The notes beneath the pieces were generated by a model. It was not told the origin of the DNA. It ran no database searches and saw nothing but the letters and a program-made list of their open reading frames with translations. The translations under genes and the position numbers were made by a program. From Candidatus Shapirobacteria bacterium (GTDB lineage Bacteria; Patescibacteriota; Microgenomatia; UBA12405), in the NCBI GenBank assembly GCA_016188545.1, contig JACPHO010000001.1, forward strand, positions 175,336 to 239,335: 64,000 bases of DNA. The letters are read 5' to 3'. Below are positions 36,708-47,043 of this stretch, one piece after another; positions within the stretch are counted from its first letter, which is position 1, and every line of letters begins with the position of its first letter.

Positions 36708-37853
36708 TTAGTAACCGTAAATTAGATCAATCTTATTTTTATACAAATCCTGGAGAAATCCGAGTAGTACTGATTTATTTTTTGAATTCTGGTTGTTTAC
36801 GGTTCCAAAATAATCCCAATCGGCGCCTTTGTATTCCACTAATGTCGGACTCCCCAAAACTATTGAGAGTTTTGCCTCACCCACTTTGTAAGTTTTTATA
36901 ATGTCCAATGTCTCGTCTAATATTGTTGCCCTAGTATCTGCTGGCATCAACACCACTTTCTCCTTATCATCAGCATTGAGAGCAGAAAATGTATTAGTAC
37001 TGACAATAACTTTTTTCGGCTCCGCTAACACTATTAGTTCTTCGATCAAAAACTTGGGAAGATACTCTGCTGGACTAATTACCATTGCCCCGGTCGTTCC
37101 TACAGATGGTATCGAGGGGTAGCCTTCAATTCCGACTATATTAATTTTCCCTTTTGGAACATCAACCACATACGGAGTTAGAGTCCGATAGTCCCGATTA
37201 CTCCAGTCAACCGGATGCTCTTGGTATGACGAAGAGTTAAACAATACCCCCACATCACTTTCCGGGAATATTTTAACTATGTTCTCATGAATTACCAGAT
37301 AATATTTTGTGAAATCGGTTGGAGCAATATACTTTCTAGTCCAATTTGGCAAATTTGCTTGGGGTATAACTACCCATCCGTAAACATCATCCGATTTGAC
37401 CCCGCTTTGGTTAAGTGTCGTTAAGAAGTCCAAAATATATGTGTTGTAACCACCTTTAGCCAGATTGGTGAAAAAGCTATCATCCCAAGTCGAACTTGCT
37501 TCAAGATATATCAATGGAATCAGTCCCTTGTCTCTAATTTCCAATATGGATTTAGACACTGTCGACGCCTGAATCATCGCTAATTCTTTGGTTGTCGGAA
37601 TGTTTACTCTGATAATGACTTTGTTCGAAATGCTGCTTCCACACATCCCCTCAAGTTCACCTAACTTCCTGACACTCTCTTTTTCCGATTCTAAGAACAA
37701 ATAATTTCTTGAAGCATCCTCTCCACACTTACCGATGCTGTCCTCTGTTGTCAGTGAAGCATAATTATTTTCCGCCTCTGTCTCGACCGATTTCCACACC
37801 AAAACCCCCATTCCTACTATAAGCACAAAAGTTAAAATCAACATTTTTTTCAT
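36708..37853 (-). CDS. Secreted hypothetical protein, last gene of the GT2 operon
   Basis: Signal peptide; 4-nt overlap with the upstream gene. Confidence 0.4.
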   Translation of the reverse strand: MKKMLILTFVLIVGMGVLVWKSVETEAENNYASLTTEDSIGKCGEDASRNYLFLESEKESVRKLGELEGMCGSSISNKVIIRVNIPTTKELAMIQASTVSKSILEIRDKGLIPLIYLEASSTWDDSFFTNLAKGGYNTYILDFLTTLNQSGVKSDDVYGWVVIPQANLPNWTRKYIAPTDFTKYYLVIHENIVKIFPESDVGVLFNSSSYQEHPVDWSNRDYRTLTPYVVDVPKGKINIVGIEGYPSIPSVGTTGAMVISPAEYLPKFLIEELIVLAEPKKVIVSTNTFSALNADDKEKVVLMPADTRATILDETLDIIKTYKVGEAKLSIVLGSPTLVEYKGADWDYFGTVNNQNSKNKSVLLGFLQDLYKNKIDLIYGY

Positions 37854-39145
37854 GCTACATTACCTCCATCCAGCACCCCTTTTCTTGCCCAACTTTGCCA
37901 GGTAATTTCTTGGTTGAGATACATCATTTCGATGCTTCTCAAAAGTGCCAAGAACTCCACCACGGCCAATATATAAAACATAAACCAAGTAAAAGGAAAT
38001 AGAATTATATTCAACTTATTTGTTTGGTGGTCACCGAACACAAAAGCCGATAAGTAGGTTATAAAAATGAATAACGAGCTCAGTCCAACCGACAAATAGT
38101 CACCGGAAACGATAGTATAAGTCCAAATTGCTGTGAAGAAAAAAGGTTCACCCAACATCTGAATCTCACCCACCATGGCGTAAGGTAGAACCAGCCAAGA
38201 CATAAACTTACTGTGTTTTTTATCTCTTGAGAAAAATAGAGTTCGGTATTTCAGAAAAGTATCGAGTCGGCCTTTCTTCCATCTTAACCTTTGTTTATAT
38301 AATCCGACAAAATCACTGGCTCCTTCCGTATAAGTATAAACATCTTCGGCATATACTGACTTGAGACCGGCCTGTTTAACTCTCATGCTGTATTCAATAT
38401 CTTCAGTTTTGTTTTCGGTGTCAAAATACCCCAGTTTGTCAAATGTGGTTTTTTTTCTAAAAGCAGCACAAGCACCACCAAAAATATATTCGGCATCAAA
38501 TACCGAATTGACTCGCTTAAAATAAAATCCAAATATATATTCAAACTGTTGTATTAACCCCACTAGGTTTCGGACATTTCTCACCTTCACATTTCCCACC
38601 ACTGCTTGAACAGTTCCGTCGTGGAAGTAGGTCACTAGATTTTTTATTGTCAGGGGATGATGAGCCGAGTCTGCATCCATGGTCAGGATAATTTCGCCCT
38701 TAGCTTTTTTAATCCCATAGTTTAAGGCAGCTCCTTTACCCCCATTTTTCTTGAAAAAATATCTTACGATACTCTTGCCCGGACCCTTATCGGTTTTGTC
38801 CTTTAAGAATCCCTTCACCAGTTCGTCTGTTTTATCTGTCGAACCATCATTAATTACCACAACTTCAAAGTTCTTATAAGTATTTGTTAGTACTGAACGG
38901 ATAGTCGTTAATATACCCACTTCCTCATTCCAAGCGGGAATTATTATCGATACCAAAGGCTCATAATTCTCGGGTAGCTCTCCTTTTTTAATCGCTCGTT
39001 TCAGTCGTAACAGATTTAATTGTTTCTGAATATCATATAAAGGAGCAATCACCAGATATACAAAATATTTCACCAATACCAGCAAGGCCAATAAGGTGAT
39101 AATTGACCTCATGTTACTAAAGATAACCAGATAGTTTACGTTCAT
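37850..39145 (-). CDS. Processive family-2 glycosyltransferase (PgaC/IcaA/NodC/cellulose-synthase-like)
   Basis: D, DxD (TMDADS) and QRLRW motifs; N- and C-terminal TM helices. Confidence 0.75.
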   Translation of the reverse strand: MNVNYLVIFSNMRSIITLLALLVLVKYFVYLVIAPLYDIQKQLNLLRLKRAIKKGELPENYEPLVSIIIPAWNEEVGILTTIRSVLTNTYKNFEVVVINDGSTDKTDELVKGFLKDKTDKGPGKSIVRYFFKKNGGKGAALNYGIKKAKGEIILTMDADSAHHPLTIKNLVTYFHDGTVQAVVGNVKVRNVRNLVGLIQQFEYIFGFYFKRVNSVFDAEYIFGGACAAFRKKTTFDKLGYFDTENKTEDIEYSMRVKQAGLKSVYAEDVYTYTEGASDFVGLYKQRLRWKKGRLDTFLKYRTLFFSRDKKHSKFMSWLVLPYAMVGEIQMLGEPFFFTAIWTYTIVSGDYLSVGLSSLFIFITYLSAFVFGDHQTNKLNIILFPFTWFMFYILAVVEFLALLRSIEMMYLNQEITWQSWARKGVLDGGNVA

Positions 39146-39747
39146 ATGACTTCCTCAACACTTTCATAAACAGCCGTAATCACCATGCCTTTTCCAGCTG
39201 ATTTTTTCAGAGACTCAACTATAAAGACTTTGGTTTTAACATCAGGTGTTTGCATAGTATATGGAGCATCTTCCACCATTTTTTGTCTAACTCTAAAGGA
39301 GTACAAATACCCCTTATCAGTTTCGATAGAAAACCTATCTCCCTCATTCAAAGTATTTACGATACCAAATAAAGAAAAATTAGGACTGGCAAAAATCAGG
39401 GAATCTCCAAACATACCGGATTTACTCTCATCCAGTGTTATTAGATATGCCTTGGAACTGGACAGCTTCCATCGATTACCTACGCTAATAGGTTCGTCGA
39501 GATTCAAATTTATTCCCAGTTTTGGTATTCGTAGATTAGTTGGTCTGCCCAGTATTCCATAGCGATTGATCTTGGCAGTCGAGTAACCATCATTTAAATT
39601 AATCGGTGTCTCGACAGTTTGTACAGAGTCAAAGTATGGCAAATCTACAAAAAAAGCTTTTTCCAATACATTGGCATATAGAAAAAATGACAGTAGAAAA
39701 TTGAGAGTTATAAAAGACATAACAGAAATATTGGCAATGTGTTTCAT
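39142..39747 (-). CDS. Hypothetical membrane-anchored protein in the GT2 operon
   Basis: ORF; 4-nt overlaps on both sides. Confidence 0.35.
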   Translation of the reverse strand: MKHIANISVMSFITLNFLLSFFLYANVLEKAFFVDLPYFDSVQTVETPINLNDGYSTAKINRYGILGRPTNLRIPKLGINLNLDEPISVGNRWKLSSSKAYLITLDESKSGMFGDSLIFASPNFSLFGIVNTLNEGDRFSIETDKGYLYSFRVRQKMVEDAPYTMQTPDVKTKVFIVESLKKSAGKGMVITAVYESVEEVI

Positions 39748-39968
39748 ACTAGAAATTTACGGGTTATTTTTAAGCAAAAAGTTATTATTCCGGACATAAA
39801 ATTAGATAAAAAAATAGCCACCAAAAATCCAAGGAAAATGATTGTCAAAAAGTAATAGCCCTCGCTTTTTAAATTAGCGACTACATGGTTGCGGTTTATA
39901 TAAGTTAAGGACTCTGTAAATATTTGGCTTATTGCATTAATCATATTATTCAAACCAAGGGTTTCCAC
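39744..39968 (-). CDS. Small membrane protein
   Basis: Two predicted TM helices; ORF only. Confidence 0.25.
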   Translation of the reverse strand: METLGLNNMINAISQIFTESLTYINRNHVVANLKSEGYYFLTIIFLGFLVAIFLSNFMSGIITFCLKITRKFLV

Positions 39969-40995
39969 CCAAGTGCCAAATTGATATGTTTTTCACACCC
40001 AGCGACTTTATAAAGTTAATTTTTTTAGAAAGACCTTCCTCCTTCTGAGTAACATAAAATTTACCCTTGTCTTGCCATGAATATTCAAAAGATTTTTTAG
40101 ATATGCTAGCCTTTTCGTATCCGGGATATTTCATTGATTGTTCTTGAGTGTCAAGAATAATCTGGCCTTTATCGTTGAAGTGATAACCATATGCTGGAAC
40201 ACCAACGACCAACTTTTTTGGATCAACTTGGCTCATTATGTATTTAACATTTTTCTCAACCCAATCATTTGGGGCTACATACGAATTCTTTTCCCCGTCG
40301 TATTGATAGTCGTAAGCCATAACCAGTAAAAAGTTAACCGGTAGTTTGTCAAAGTCAGCGTAGTTCCAAGGATAGTTAAGTTGAGTTTCCGCTGTTATCG
40401 GTGGTCCATCCAGCATCAACAATTTCCCCTTATCCCTTACAGTTGTGCCCAAATCCGTCACAAACTTTTTATAGTTTGCATAATCCACTTTTGTCCAACT
40501 ACTAAAATCTTCAAAATCCACCTCTATCCCAGACAATCCTTGTGTTTCTATAAATTCGACCAAAGTATCGATCACCTTTTTAACCTTTTTCTCATCAGCG
40601 AAAAGTACTCTCATATCTATATGGTTAGCCGAAATAACGACGTATTGTTGTTTAGAGTACTTCTTTATTAAGTTTATGTTTTCCTTCGAATATCCATTAC
40701 ATCCATGCTCATTTTCTGTCAAAAGCGTAACTTCTCCTGTTTCATTAATATCAAAATATTCTGATTTCAACACATCGATCTCTCGTCCATCGGCAATTTC
40801 TTTCATGGCATTGCACGATGGTGAACCGGGATAAATCCAAGCTTGAATTGTTACCTCGTTTTCTTTAGCTTCGTCAACTTCGTTACCTTTATTATTTAGC
40901 GCTGAAGTATCCTCCACTTTTACCGGCACCAGAAGTTTTCCTGTTACGACCACCAACACCGCCAAAAATAGATATAGCACCCATCTTAATTTCAT
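39946..40995 (-). CDS. Secreted GH18-like (chitinase-fold) protein, first gene of the GT2 operon
   Basis: Signal peptide; LSGIEVDFEDF resembles the GH18 DGxDxDWE motif. Confidence 0.4.
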   Translation of the reverse strand: MKLRWVLYLFLAVLVVVTGKLLVPVKVEDTSALNNKGNEVDEAKENEVTIQAWIYPGSPSCNAMKEIADGREIDVLKSEYFDINETGEVTLLTENEHGCNGYSKENINLIKKYSKQQYVVISANHIDMRVLFADEKKVKKVIDTLVEFIETQGLSGIEVDFEDFSSWTKVDYANYKKFVTDLGTTVRDKGKLLMLDGPPITAETQLNYPWNYADFDKLPVNFLLVMAYDYQYDGEKNSYVAPNDWVEKNVKYIMSQVDPKKLVVGVPAYGYHFNDKGQIILDTQEQSMKYPGYEKASISKKSFEYSWQDKGKFYVTQKEEGLSKKINFIKSLGVKNISIWHLGGNPWFE

Positions 40996-41117
40996 TTTTC
41001 GTTAAAGCAGTTATATTTTGAAGATAGATCACAGAAATATTGTATTATTGTATGATAACTCATACTATAAAGCTAGGAGTTTATTTTGAATTGGCTATGT
41101 ACCTTGTGCGTATCAGA

Positions 41118-41702
41118 TTAACCCAGTGCTTTTTCGAACTCGTTCCAATTAACTAGCTGCCACCACTGTTTCACATATTCAGCCCGATTGTTCAAGTATT
41201 GTAGATAGTAAGCATGCTCCCAGACGTCCAAAGCCAGAATCGGCAGGCAACCGTTAAGGGCTAATAGATTATGCTTTTCAAGTTGTCCGGTCATGAGACC
41301 ACCTGGGGTGTTGTAGACAACAGCCCATCCCGAACCTTCAACCTGAGACGCAGCTGCACTAAACTCTTTTTGAAATGCATCAAAACTGCCGTAGTCTCGG
41401 TTAATTACTACAAGTGCCTTCTCTGTCGGTAGGTTATTATCAGTTGGGGCACGCATTACTTTCCAAAATATATCGTGCATCATTGCCCCATTGGCGTTGA
41501 AACTCAGATCTCTCATAACCTCGCGGGTGTTTATCTCGATCTCGCCAGCTCTGGCTTTCTCGAGCTTTTCTAAAGCCGCATTGGCACCAGCAACATAGGC
41601 GGCATGGTGTTTGTCATGATGCAGCTCCATGATTTGCTTGCTGATTACTGGCTCAAGTGCTTCGTAAGCGTAGGGGAGTGGGTTTAGGGTGAATTTACTC
41701 AT
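41118..41702 (-). CDS. sodA: Fe/Mn superoxide dismutase
   Basis: HHDKHH, DVWEHAYY motifs. Confidence 0.85.
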   Translation of the reverse strand: MSKFTLNPLPYAYEALEPVISKQIMELHHDKHHAAYVAGANAALEKLEKARAGEIEINTREVMRDLSFNANGAMMHDIFWKVMRAPTDNNLPTEKALVVINRDYGSFDAFQKEFSAAASQVEGSGWAVVYNTPGGLMTGQLEKHNLLALNGCLPILALDVWEHAYYLQYLNNRAEYVKQWWQLVNWNEFEKALG

Positions 41703-41784
41703 ATTTAAATAATTATATATCAATAACTAATACTGTTATAGTAGGAGTTTCGTCCAATGTCAATGGTGATAAAATATACTAAAT

Positions 41785-42474
41785 ATGAAAAGAGCAATTG
41801 TTGTTTTGTTTTTTTGTTTCATTGTTTTACTTTTACTTCCACTATCAGCATATCTATTCATATTTGCCAGTCCTCCCCGTGACCTAGGAGTTAGATATAG
41901 TGAGTCAGATAGAATTTCTGCATATACTAACAACGGTGTCGAATCGGAAGCAATTTCCCCAACTGCTAAAAATAAATCAGGCATAAGCTATGAGGGCAAA
42001 AAGGAAACAAAAACTTCGTTTACCTCCCAGGAAATTACAGCATTAAACAACTCGGTAAAATGGATCAATTATCCAATTTCCAATCTTCAGATAAAAATTA
42101 ATCAGGACGGAACGGGGGAGGTGTCAGGTTCTTTAGATATCCGTAAAATTTTGACTTGGGTTTCTTTCACTCACCCAATTGAAGAAATAGAATCAAAAAT
42201 TAAGCAATACAATATTGGTTTTACCCCTGCTATCTACCTAAAAGGTGGAGTAAAGGTTATTAATAACAAAGTAAGTCTTACTCCTCAAACCATCGAAGTT
42301 GGTAGAATCACTATTCCAAAAAACATCGTTAGTGAAAACATCCCTGCAGTCGAAAAATTTGTCCAAGAACGAATATTATCGGTACCAAACCTTAGTATTC
42401 GCTCACTCAACCTCGATGGTGGAAAAGTAAATTTTGATGCCACTGTCCCAGAAAAAGAATTAACAGTACAATAG
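41785..42474 (+). CDS. Membrane-anchored hypothetical protein
   Basis: N-terminal TM; ORF only. Confidence 0.4.
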   Translation: MKRAIVVLFFCFIVLLLLPLSAYLFIFASPPRDLGVRYSESDRISAYTNNGVESEAISPTAKNKSGISYEGKKETKTSFTSQEITALNNSVKWINYPISNLQIKINQDGTGEVSGSLDIRKILTWVSFTHPIEEIESKIKQYNIGFTPAIYLKGGVKVINNKVSLTPQTIEVGRITIPKNIVSENIPAVEKFVQERILSVPNLSIRSLNLDGGKVNFDATVPEKELTVQ

Positions 42475-42478
42475 TAAA

Positions 42479-43051
42479 ATGGTCAGACGTATCGAAAAAA
42501 ACGAGGGTGGTTTAAAGCTTGACGGTATATTTTTTCAAATTAAACCAGTTGAAGATGTTACTACAAGCCCTGAATATACTATTCATGTTTTTAAGTTCAC
42601 TGATACTGCAAAAGCAGTTGAATCAGATGGTTGTGAGTTCGAAATTCAACCTCATTGCTCCACCACACCCATGACAACTACAAGTAAAGACTATAGTTGT
42701 GACCGCATAGCCGTGGGAGAAAAAGGATACTTCCTCGGACTAAGTCCGGAGGGGGATGTCGTCTGCTATGAAATCGGCTCTCATTTAGGTGACAAAAACC
42801 CACTCATACCATTAGAGCTTGGTTGGACCGACTGCTTCATAGCTGGAGATAAAGTCAATAACGTTGTTGATGTTAGTACGCCTCCATTTGACCCTAAAAA
42901 TGAAACTGAAGTGAAAGTAAATGCAGCCGTTGACGCTCTTGGGAAACCGATTCCGGAAAAGTTTTGGCATTATTATCACACGCTTAGAAGTGGTAATAAA
43001 GCAGAAGTAGCCCAATTAGAAATTACCTATCCAAACGAGACAATCAAGTGA
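42479..43051 (+). CDS. Hypothetical protein
   Basis: ORF only. Confidence 0.4.
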   Translation: MVRRIEKNEGGLKLDGIFFQIKPVEDVTTSPEYTIHVFKFTDTAKAVESDGCEFEIQPHCSTTPMTTTSKDYSCDRIAVGEKGYFLGLSPEGDVVCYEIGSHLGDKNPLIPLELGWTDCFIAGDKVNNVVDVSTPPFDPKNETEVKVNAAVDALGKPIPEKFWHYYHTLRSGNKAEVAQLEITYPNETIK

Positions 43052-43695
43052 AAAAAATAATTCCACTCTTTATTTTAGTACTTAGCTTTGTGTTGGCAAT
43101 CATTGCTATTCCCTATATGCCGTTATTGATGGCTTCTCATTGGGGGATTGGCGGCGAAGTTGATGGCTATATGCCCAGAATGACCGCCTTATTTTTGATG
43201 CCATTCATATCTCTTGCTATGTATATTCTATTTCTTTTTCTACCCAAACTTGAACCATATCAAGAAAATTTCAAGCAGTTTGAGGGACATTACGATAACT
43301 TTATGATCGTTATTTTTTCGTTCATGTTTTATATGTACCTCCTGACGTTAGCTTGGAACTATGGACTTGTTTTTAACTTAATCCAATTGATGTCTCCTGG
43401 TTTATCAGTATTGTTTTTTTATACCGCCAGTCTTCTTGAAAACACTAAAATGAATTGGTTTGTCGGAATCAGAACACCCTGGACTATGTCTGATCCGACA
43501 GTTTGGAAAAAGACCCACAAACTAGGGGCATCGCTTTTCAAAATAGTTTCGTTACTAACTCTTACTGGGATGATTTTCCCCTCAGTCACTTTTTATACCT
43601 TTTTTATCCCTTTAATCTTCTCTGTGGTCATCATTTACTTCTATTCCTATTGGCAATATCGCAAAATTAACCGAGGACTACATTCACATCATTGA
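43048..43695 (+). CDS. DUF1648/SdpI-like integral membrane protein
   Basis: NWFVGIRTPWTMSDPTVW motif, multi-TM. Confidence 0.45.
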   Translation: MKKIIPLFILVLSFVLAIIAIPYMPLLMASHWGIGGEVDGYMPRMTALFLMPFISLAMYILFLFLPKLEPYQENFKQFEGHYDNFMIVIFSFMFYMYLLTLAWNYGLVFNLIQLMSPGLSVLFFYTASLLENTKMNWFVGIRTPWTMSDPTVWKKTHKLGASLFKIVSLLTLTGMIFPSVTFYTFFIPLIFSVVIIYFYSYWQYRKINRGLHSHH

Positions 43696-43708
43696 GGTAT
43701 AATATCTC

Positions 43709-44467
43709 GTGGTAATCATCAAATCTCCCCCACAAATCGAGGGAATCAAAAAATCATCCGTTCTTGCCGCCCAAACCTTAGAGTATGTCGCCTCTTTCGT
43801 GAAAGAGGGTGTTTCTACTGCATTTTTAGACCAAAAGGCAGTTGAGTTTATCTCCAAAAACGGCGCTATCGCGGCCCCACTTAACTACAACGGATTTCCC
43901 AAAAGTATCTGCACTTCCGTTAATAACGTCGTTTGCCATGGAATCCCCTCCGAGAAGGACGTCCTAAAAGCAGGTGATATTATCAACATCGATGTAACCA
44001 CCATCCTCAATGGTTATTACGGTGACACCTCAGCCACTTATCCAGTCGGTGAAATAAGTCCTCATGCCAAACAACTTATTAAAGCCACCAGAGACTCCAT
44101 GTATTTGGCAATTGATGCCCTAAAACCAGGTAAGTCTCTGAATGCCTCAGTTGGGCAAGTCATCGAAAAGTATGTCAATCAGTTTGGCTTCATTCCCGTA
44201 CGCGAACTCGGCGGTCATGGCGTAGGCATTCATTTTCATGAGGATCCATTTGTTTTCCACTTCACCACTCCATCTCACGATACCATCCTTAAACCAGGAA
44301 TGATTTTTACAGTCGAACCCATGATTAATGCCAGCAAAAATTGGCAGGTGACTCTAGATGAATCAGACGGCTGGACTATTCGAACTGCTGACGGTTCACT
44401 CTCCGCTCAATTTGAACATACCATTCTTATCACCGAAATCGGGTCGGAAATATTAACTCAAATATAA
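43709..44467 (+). CDS. map: Methionine aminopeptidase type I
   Basis: Metal-ligand residues in the pita-bread-fold motifs. Confidence 0.85.
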   Translation: MVIIKSPPQIEGIKKSSVLAAQTLEYVASFVKEGVSTAFLDQKAVEFISKNGAIAAPLNYNGFPKSICTSVNNVVCHGIPSEKDVLKAGDIINIDVTTILNGYYGDTSATYPVGEISPHAKQLIKATRDSMYLAIDALKPGKSLNASVGQVIEKYVNQFGFIPVRELGGHGVGIHFHEDPFVFHFTTPSHDTILKPGMIFTVEPMINASKNWQVTLDESDGWTIRTADGSLSAQFEHTILITEIGSEILTQI

Positions 44468-45039
44468 TGACAATCATTGTTGCCACATTTGTTTTTATTG
44501 CCTGGACGGTTTATCGACTGATTTCTAAAGAAAACATCTTACTAGAAGATATTTTCTTAAAACCATTTATCTGGCTTTTACCAATTTACATAGTCAATGG
44601 CCACCGTGATTTAGGACTTGGTAAAAAACATTTGACAAGACACATATTGATCGGACTTGCAGCAGGACTAATACTCTCTCTCGAACGCCTTTTCGTTAAC
44701 CATCCAACCTTAAATTTTTCATACCTTGCTATTGTTTCTGCATTCTTTACTGCCATTACTGAAGAAATATTTTTTAGAGGGTATCTTCTTAATCGTTGGC
44801 TAAAAAATTTTCAAAAACCAATTTTTCCTCTCGTTCTTAACGGATTATTTTTCACACTGACTCATATTCCAGTGGCTATTTTTGTTTATCACTATAGTGG
44901 TAATGGGTTGGCAGTCTATCTACTAACCAACTTTATTAGCGGCTTCGTTGATGTTTACTTATTTTATTTAACCAGATCTGCTTACACTTCTATGGCAAAT
45001 CACTTTGTTTGGAACTTATTCTCTGGAATCTTTAGATAA
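44467..45039 (+). CDS. CPBP-family (CAAX/Abi) intramembrane metalloprotease
   Basis: EEIFFRG and HxxxN/D-type motifs, multi-TM. Confidence 0.6.
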   Translation: MTIIVATFVFIAWTVYRLISKENILLEDIFLKPFIWLLPIYIVNGHRDLGLGKKHLTRHILIGLAAGLILSLERLFVNHPTLNFSYLAIVSAFFTAITEEIFFRGYLLNRWLKNFQKPIFPLVLNGLFFTLTHIPVAIFVYHYSGNGLAVYLLTNFISGFVDVYLFYLTRSAYTSMANHFVWNLFSGIFR

Positions 45040-45041
45040 TT

Positions 45042-45800
45042 ATGACAATCTTAGACGGTCGAACACTTGCGCAAGAAATAATCAATTCTCTAAAAACTAA
45101 AGATCTGTCAGCACTTTCACTCCATATCATTTTGGTGGGTGACGACTCAAACAGTCAAAAATATATTGATCTCAAACAAAAGAGGTGTCATGAAATAGGC
45201 TTAAGTTGTGTGATTCACCGGTTTCCGTCAGATATCAAAGAGAACATAATCACCAGCCTAACCCAAGAATTAAATACCGACAGTACTGTCTCGGGCTACT
45301 TCATACAGTTACCAATGCCAGCTTCTATAAACAAAAATCAGGTTATCTCAACTATTAGTCCTAAAAAAGATGTTGATGGTTTGACTCCCAACTCCAAATT
45401 CATTCCAGCAGTCGTCAGGGGAGTAATGTCCCTAATCTCAGCCTATCCAATCGTCCTTGCGGGAAAAAACGCGGTAATAATTAATGACTCAAAGTTGATC
45501 GGAATTCCGCTAAAAAATATTCTGGAAAAAGAAAATTGTCATGTGCAAATTTGCAACAAATTCACCGAAAATATTCAAAAAATCAGCAGGGGAGCCGACT
45601 TTCTTTTTTCAGCCACCGGGGTAAAAGGTTTGGTTACTCGTGACTATATCAAACCAGGTGCTATAGTCGTAGATATTGGTGGAGGTGATGTTGATTTTGC
45701 CAATGTGTCCGACATCTGCAGTTATATAACCCCAACAGTTGGTGGGGTTGGTCCTATGACTATTGCATCGCTTTTACAAAATTTGGTAGACAAAACCTAG
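45042..45800 (+). CDS. folD: Bifunctional methylene-THF dehydrogenase/methenyl-THF cyclohydrolase
   Basis: FolD motifs (YFIQLPMP, KDVDGL). Confidence 0.8.
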   Translation: MTILDGRTLAQEIINSLKTKDLSALSLHIILVGDDSNSQKYIDLKQKRCHEIGLSCVIHRFPSDIKENIITSLTQELNTDSTVSGYFIQLPMPASINKNQVISTISPKKDVDGLTPNSKFIPAVVRGVMSLISAYPIVLAGKNAVIINDSKLIGIPLKNILEKENCHVQICNKFTENIQKISRGADFLFSATGVKGLVTRDYIKPGAIVVDIGGGDVDFANVSDICSYITPTVGGVGPMTIASLLQNLVDKT

Positions 45801-46022
45801 ACTAGTTATATAATCAGTCAATAATGGCAGTTATAAGCAATCATCTAATCGAGACTGAAGAACATAATCGAGTGACTGGAAATTCAACTATCCAACTAGC
45901 TATTACTGACATCTTGGTACGGAATGGTCAAAGAGCCTCACTTCCCGAAACGGAGGCTAGAAAAGCATTAATTACAGATTTAAGGCAATTAGTTACAATT
46001 ACTGCAGAAATTAAAAAATAAT

Positions 46023-46265
46023 ATGCGAATTCAACTCTACGATCGTGGTTTGCCACAGGGCAAAAAACTTTTTAGTGATATCGAATCTGTCTGTAAGCGA
46101 CTCCAAATTGATTTTGACCCCGAATACATTAAGGATATGAATCGTGTTTATTCCATGGGTTATCAGGGAAATACTGTTCTTTTAATAAACGGTGAAGTGG
46201 CTTTTATCGATAAATATCCTTCAAGTAAAGAACTGGAGAATATTATTTCTGACTATTTAAAGTAA
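46023..46265 (+). CDS. Small thioredoxin-fold-like protein lacking the CxxC
   Basis: Pattern similar to small redox-active-disulfide proteins but with no Cys pair; weak. Confidence 0.3.
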   Translation: MRIQLYDRGLPQGKKLFSDIESVCKRLQIDFDPEYIKDMNRVYSMGYQGNTVLLINGEVAFIDKYPSSKELENIISDYLK

Positions 46266-46281
46266 AAAATATTAATATTTT

Positions 46282-47043
46282 ATGAACAAAGTGATCTTAA
46301 ATTCCTTCCTCGTCTCGTTAGTTATTGCAGTAATCAGTTATTTTTTTCGACAAAGTTTTCATACTGATCTATATCTGAGTGATGTGGGTGGATTAAGTAC
46401 TTTTATTGGTGCCTTTGCTACCTTATTTGGACTATTATCAGCCTTTGTTGTTTTTGAAGTTTGGGGTCAATATAATAAGACCGCTTTGTATGTCGACAAA
46501 GAAGCCTCCGGACTAGAGCAGCTTTATCGACTAACTCTCTACTTCAGAGACAAGAAACTCAATAGAGTTATGGCATCGGCTATCACCAAATACGCCAATA
46601 TGGTTATAAAAGGCCGTTTTCAAAAGTTGGGATCCGGTGAAAGAAACAATGAAAGTGGTTTGGCTTTTCGGGAGATATCTGGAGTTATCCAAGGTATCAA
46701 GTTTGACGACGACCATGATCAAATAATTTTTGACCATATCGTCAGCCATTATGGTGACCTCAGTGATATACGTACCGAAAGGATCAACCAGAGTTTAGCT
46801 AGATTGCCTTCCCTTCTTAAAACTTTTCTATATATTGCTTCATTTTTCGTTGTGACTTGTCTTGTTATTATGCCTTTTGCCAACGTTTTCTATTCACTCT
46901 TTGCGGTGTTCTGTATGACATTTGTCATAGTCATGATTTATTTTCTAATCGAAGATCTAGACAACCCATTTGTTGGTAACTGGAATATATCCCCAGAACC
47001 GTTTAAACGAGCTCTCAAGCACATTGCCCAAGACTATACTTGA
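46282..47043 (+). CDS. DUF4239-like membrane protein
   Basis: Two N-terminal TM helices + C-terminal TM pair. Confidence 0.4.
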   Translation: MNKVILNSFLVSLVIAVISYFFRQSFHTDLYLSDVGGLSTFIGAFATLFGLLSAFVVFEVWGQYNKTALYVDKEASGLEQLYRLTLYFRDKKLNRVMASAITKYANMVIKGRFQKLGSGERNNESGLAFREISGVIQGIKFDDDHDQIIFDHIVSHYGDLSDIRTERINQSLARLPSLLKTFLYIASFFVVTCLVIMPFANVFYSLFAVFCMTFVIVMIYFLIEDLDNPFVGNWNISPEPFKRALKHIAQDYT

